A stretch of 38,636 nucleotides of DNA, from positions 1-38,636 of IMG/VR virus record IMGVR_UViG_3300019879_000029, one strand, 5' to 3'. The notes under the pieces were generated by a model. It saw nothing but the letters and a program-made list of their open reading frames with translations, was not told the origin of the DNA and ran no database searches. The position numbers and the translations under genes were made by a program. The stretch comes from a virus (taxonomy: Duplodnaviria; Caudoviricetes). Numbering within the stretch: position 1 is the first letter of the stretch; each line of letters begins with the position of its first letter. Positions 35,622-38,636 of this stretch are shown here, piece by piece.

Positions 35622-36495
35622 TGTAGAACTGCGGACAGTCGGCAACACCCAGGCGCTAGAGGCGCACCTCTGGGACGCGACACCGGGCAAGGTCTACGCC
35701 AGCGCGATCTTCTCACGCTCACGCCCGTTGGCCGAACGCCTGCGCGAGATCTATCCCCATGCGATCATCGGCGGCACCGGCTGGGACCTTACCACCACGC
35801 TCGAGGATCACAATATCCACCCTGGTGTACTGGACTACTCGATCTATCCCAGGTTCGAGCAGTCCATGGGATTCACCCAGCGAGGATGCCGGCTGAGTTG
35901 TTCGTTCTGTGTCGTGCCCAGGAAGGAGGGTCGCGTCCAGGCACACATGAGCATCATAGACATCTGGCGCGGTGATCCTTGGCCGCGCGAGTTGTTGTTG
36001 CTCGATAACGACTTCTTTGGTCAGCCGGAATGGCGTAAGCGCATAAGAGAAATTCAAGATGGATGCTTCAAGGTCTCATTCAACCAGGGGATCAACGCCA
36101 GATGTCTGACATCCGAGGCCGCGGCGGCCATCGCCGCAGTCGATTACCGCGATGATTCGATGAAGGTCAAGCGCATCTACACGGCATGGGACAGCAAACA
36201 AGACGAAGACAGGTTAATGAATGGGCTACATCAACTTGTTTCCTTTGGCGTAAAACCAGACCACATCATGGTCTACATGCTCATTGGCTATTGGCCAGGG
36301 GAGACCCCAGCCGACCGGGACTATCGCCGACGGAAGTTGCGGGAGTTTGGCGCGCGTCCGTACCCAATGCCGTTCGTGCGCACTCCTGAACTGGTCGGTT
36401 TCCAACGCTGGGTGATCGGCGCTTACGACAAGCGCGTTACATGGAAAGACTGGGTAGCAGCCAAATACCAACCCACTAATCTTTGTCGCCAGTAA
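35611..36495 (+). CDS. Radical SAM protein, apparently missing its N-terminus
   Basis: TQRGCRLSCSFC (CxxxCxxC), LLDNDFFG, FNQG. Plausible family sequence begins at HGDDVEL with no good start. Confidence 0.7.
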   Translation, partial: HGDDVELRTVGNTQALEAHLWDATPGKVYASAIFSRSRPLAERLREIYPHAIIGGTGWDLTTTLEDHNIHPGVLDYSIYPRFEQSMGFTQRGCRLSCSFCVVPRKEGRVQAHMSIIDIWRGDPWPRELLLLDNDFFGQPEWRKRIREIQDGCFKVSFNQGINARCLTSEAAAAIAAVDYRDDSMKVKRIYTAWDSKQDEDRLMNGLHQLVSFGVKPDHIMVYMLIGYWPGETPADRDYRRRKLREFGARPYPMPFVRTPELVGFQRWVIGAYDKRVTWKDWVAAKYQPTNLCRQ

Positions 36496-36504
36496 ACAAA
36501 AAGC

Positions 36505-36533
36505 TTGACTTTGGAATATTCCAGGTTCACAAT
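36505..36533 (+). promoter_or_regulatory. Sigma70-type promoter with a palindromic spacer
   Basis: TTGACT-17-CACAAT; perfect palindrome TGGAATATTCCA at 36512-36523. Confidence 0.6.
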
Positions 36534-36651
36534 GTAGTCCGCTTTACCAATAAGCCGCTACCAACGGCAGGAGAAAAACGAAAATGCAACACAAGCTATG
36601 GTTCTATGCAAAACTTCAAGAGTTGTACATCGAAACGAAACGGAGGCGCGC

Positions 36652-36939
36652 ATGACATCCCTAGCCAAGCGCAAGACCCGTCTATCGTTTGCCACTTCCG
36701 CCACGGTCTCTACGCCCGGAACCAAGACCGTACAGACCAGTCCCACGACTAAGGTGATCAAACACATGCGTGTTGAGCGCCCAATCGTTGCCGAAGTGTA
36801 CCCCGAACACGTTGTGCTGCGCCTCGCTGGCCAGCGCCACAAACTCGAAGTATCCTGGCGCGGTATCTATGACTTTGCCGCAAGGGTAGCAGCCGAGAAA
36901 GCCAGAACGGAGCGGAAACTCAGACGGAGGTCCAGATGA
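36652..36939 (+). CDS. Hypothetical basic protein
   Basis: GGAGG SD before ATG 36652. Confidence 0.65.
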   Translation: MTSLAKRKTRLSFATSATVSTPGTKTVQTSPTTKVIKHMRVERPIVAEVYPEHVVLRLAGQRHKLEVSWRGIYDFAARVAAEKARTERKLRRRSR

Positions 36940-37336
36940 CCCACATAGGTGATCGTTCACTCGCAACAATCCTTGCCGCGCTACGCAACTGGCAGACCAC
37001 GCTCGAGTTGAACGGCGGCGCCCCCCAACACAGTTCATTGGCCACTTTGGAGAACAGGAACCTCTCAGCACTGACGAAGTCGACGGGCTCTGCGAAGAGT
37101 TGAACTTTGGCGACGGACAGGAGCCTGCGATACCACCACATAAGCTATTGACGATCAGCGGGCGTGTAAACGCAGTCGCTTACGCTGCCATCCTCGTCAA
37201 TGCGAGTAAGTGGTACGTGCTGACGCCATTACCTGATGACGAATGGGAGTTCCGCATGAAAGACGAGAGTGGAATCCCTCCCGCGCCGATAGTCTGCTGT
37301 GCAACCCATGCAAGCTTTGGAGGAAACTGCAAATGA
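36936..37336 (+). pseudogene. Hypothetical gene frameshifted at the C6 run 37021-37026
   Basis: MTHIGDRSLATILAALRNWQ... continues in the -1 frame as ...GHFGEQEPLSTDEVDGLCEELNFG into ORF 37100..37336. Confidence 0.6.
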
Positions 37337-37779
37337 CCAACATTCTCAAGCAACGCGAGGAAGCCATCAAGGAAGCGATTGAAACTCTCGCCGGCGATTC
37401 GAATGACGCTGAACACGATGCCCTGGTCGGAATGGTCAGGGCGTTCACTTCCCCTCATACCAAGGATTCCGACTGCACTATCGACGAAGACACCGCCTGC
37501 TGCGTTGTCTGCGGCGTTGACCATTCCGAGGAGTGCCTTGAGTGTGGTGGCCGCGGATATCACAAGGACACCTGCTCGACGATGGCGGAAGTCGATATCC
37601 CTGCCGTTGATGACTCAGTCAAATGCTGTCCTGACTGTGAGAAGCCAAACCAGTTCGGTGAACTCTGTGCTGAATGCCTCCGAGAGGAGCAAGAACGGAT
37701 AGAAGAAGACCGGCAGCCGGACTACGGCGGGGCGTTCGATGGCGTGCGCGTAACGTCCGATGCGGACAGTGGCCTGTGA
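37333..37779 (+). CDS. Cys-rich acidic hypothetical protein
   Basis: GGAGG SD; several CxxC motifs. Confidence 0.6.
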   Translation: MTNILKQREEAIKEAIETLAGDSNDAEHDALVGMVRAFTSPHTKDSDCTIDEDTACCVVCGVDHSEECLECGGRGYHKDTCSTMAEVDIPAVDDSVKCCPDCEKPNQFGELCAECLREEQERIEEDRQPDYGGAFDGVRVTSDADSGL

Positions 37780-38059
37780 CTAAACTACTGCATTTTCCGC
37801 CATCAAGGCATACTCTGGCCGCTTGGCTGATTGCTGCACTAGCGGTCGCTTTGGTGGTATGGATAACTCAATGCTGAACCGGCGGTAAATTTGATCTCCG
37901 CTGTTGTCCCTCGGCCCAACTCCGGGCCAAGTGGAGCGTCTGGCGTGGTAGCCGGCAGTGGGAGTACGTAAGCTCCCACAAAAAGAACCAAATGAAAAGA
38001 GGGAAAGTTCATGTTTATTCTAACTGGAGAATCCAAAAGAAAGAGACGAGGTTAGCCGT

Positions 38060-38636
38060 ATGAAAAAACTTATAGCCTTCCATGGAGACGCAACGTTAAA
38101 GGAAGCAATCCTGGCTGAGATCGCACTGCACAGACAGGCAGACCAGATCATCAAAGGAACCTACGGAAGAGAGAGAGACGGGAAATGGAAGGGCTGTGCC
38201 GTTGGCTGCTCGATCCATTCTCTTAACCTGAGCCGCGGACTGTCTTTCGAGACAGACGATCATGCTGCCTATGAGGAAGGATTCGGCATTCCACGTCAGA
38301 TGGCTTACCTTGAAGATTTAATTTTTGAACGCCTTCCTGATGGCAAACATGTGGAGTGGCCAGAGAGGTTCATGAATGCTATCCAGCCTGGCGCCAACCT
38401 GGAAATGGTTGCCCCGAGGTTCGTGCATTGGCTTCTCGTTGATGCTTTGAAACTGGTAAAGCCGGAGTGGGCAGATGTTCGCGAGGTGCTTGAACAATAC
38501 GCTGATCTATATCAGAGATGGATTGATGGCGTAAAACCCAGTGCGAAGGATTTCAATAGAGTTGCCGCCCGTGCCGCCCGTGCCGCCCTTGCCGCCCGTG
38601 CCGCCCGTGCCGCCCTTGCCGACCTTGCCGCCCGTG
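38060..38636 (+). CDS. Phage hypothetical protein with Ala-rich repeat, 3'-truncated
   Basis: GAGG SD; MKKLIAFHGD...KGCAVGC...FGIP...EDLIFE; open to the window end. Confidence 0.7.
   Translation, partial: MKKLIAFHGDATLKEAILAEIALHRQADQIIKGTYGRERDGKWKGCAVGCSIHSLNLSRGLSFETDDHAAYEEGFGIPRQMAYLEDLIFERLPDGKHVEWPERFMNAIQPGANLEMVAPRFVHWLLVDALKLVKPEWADVREVLEQYADLYQRWIDGVKPSAKDFNRVAARAARAALAARAARAALADLAAR
38564..38635 (+). repeat. Eight 9-bp tandem repeats GCCG(C/A)CC(G/T)T encoding AAR/AAL/ADL
   Basis: Read directly; runs to the end of the window. Confidence 0.9.

Noticed and set aside
1-38636. Alternative genetic code, diversity-generating retroelement or retron
   Set aside because: Genes read through cleanly in code 11 with all three stops used; no suppressor tRNA or reverse transcriptase was seen.

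Overview
A bacteriophage or prophage segment (probably a tailed phage), open at both ends. From the left: the C-terminal part of a very large, probably virion-associated protein; several small accessory ORFs; a minus-strand operon of four tRNAs (Thr-UGU, His-GUG, Ala-UGC, Pro-UGG); terminase small and large subunits (TerL contains an intein); a short leftward block; and a divergent promoter region with a LexA-like HTH gene. A long rightward early/middle region follows, with a RecT-like annealing protein, SMC-like ATPase, PD-(D/E)XK nucleases, replication initiator, HerA-like ATPase, acyl carrier protein, Fis-like regulator, DUF5131, two ASCH proteins, HNH, three DNA methyltransferases and PAPS-reductase/radical-SAM fragments. 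No portal, capsid or integrase gene was recognised. The main finding is that the tRNA operon sits behind what looks like a complete ribosome-mediated attenuator: promoter, leaderless 20-codon peptide, antiterminator over the stop codon, and intrinsic terminator. Eleven of 12 consecutive codons in that peptide specify the four amino acids of the downstream tRNAs. The host may be Acidobacteriota (weak inference from recalled similarity). All family calls come from motif recognition, not database searches.
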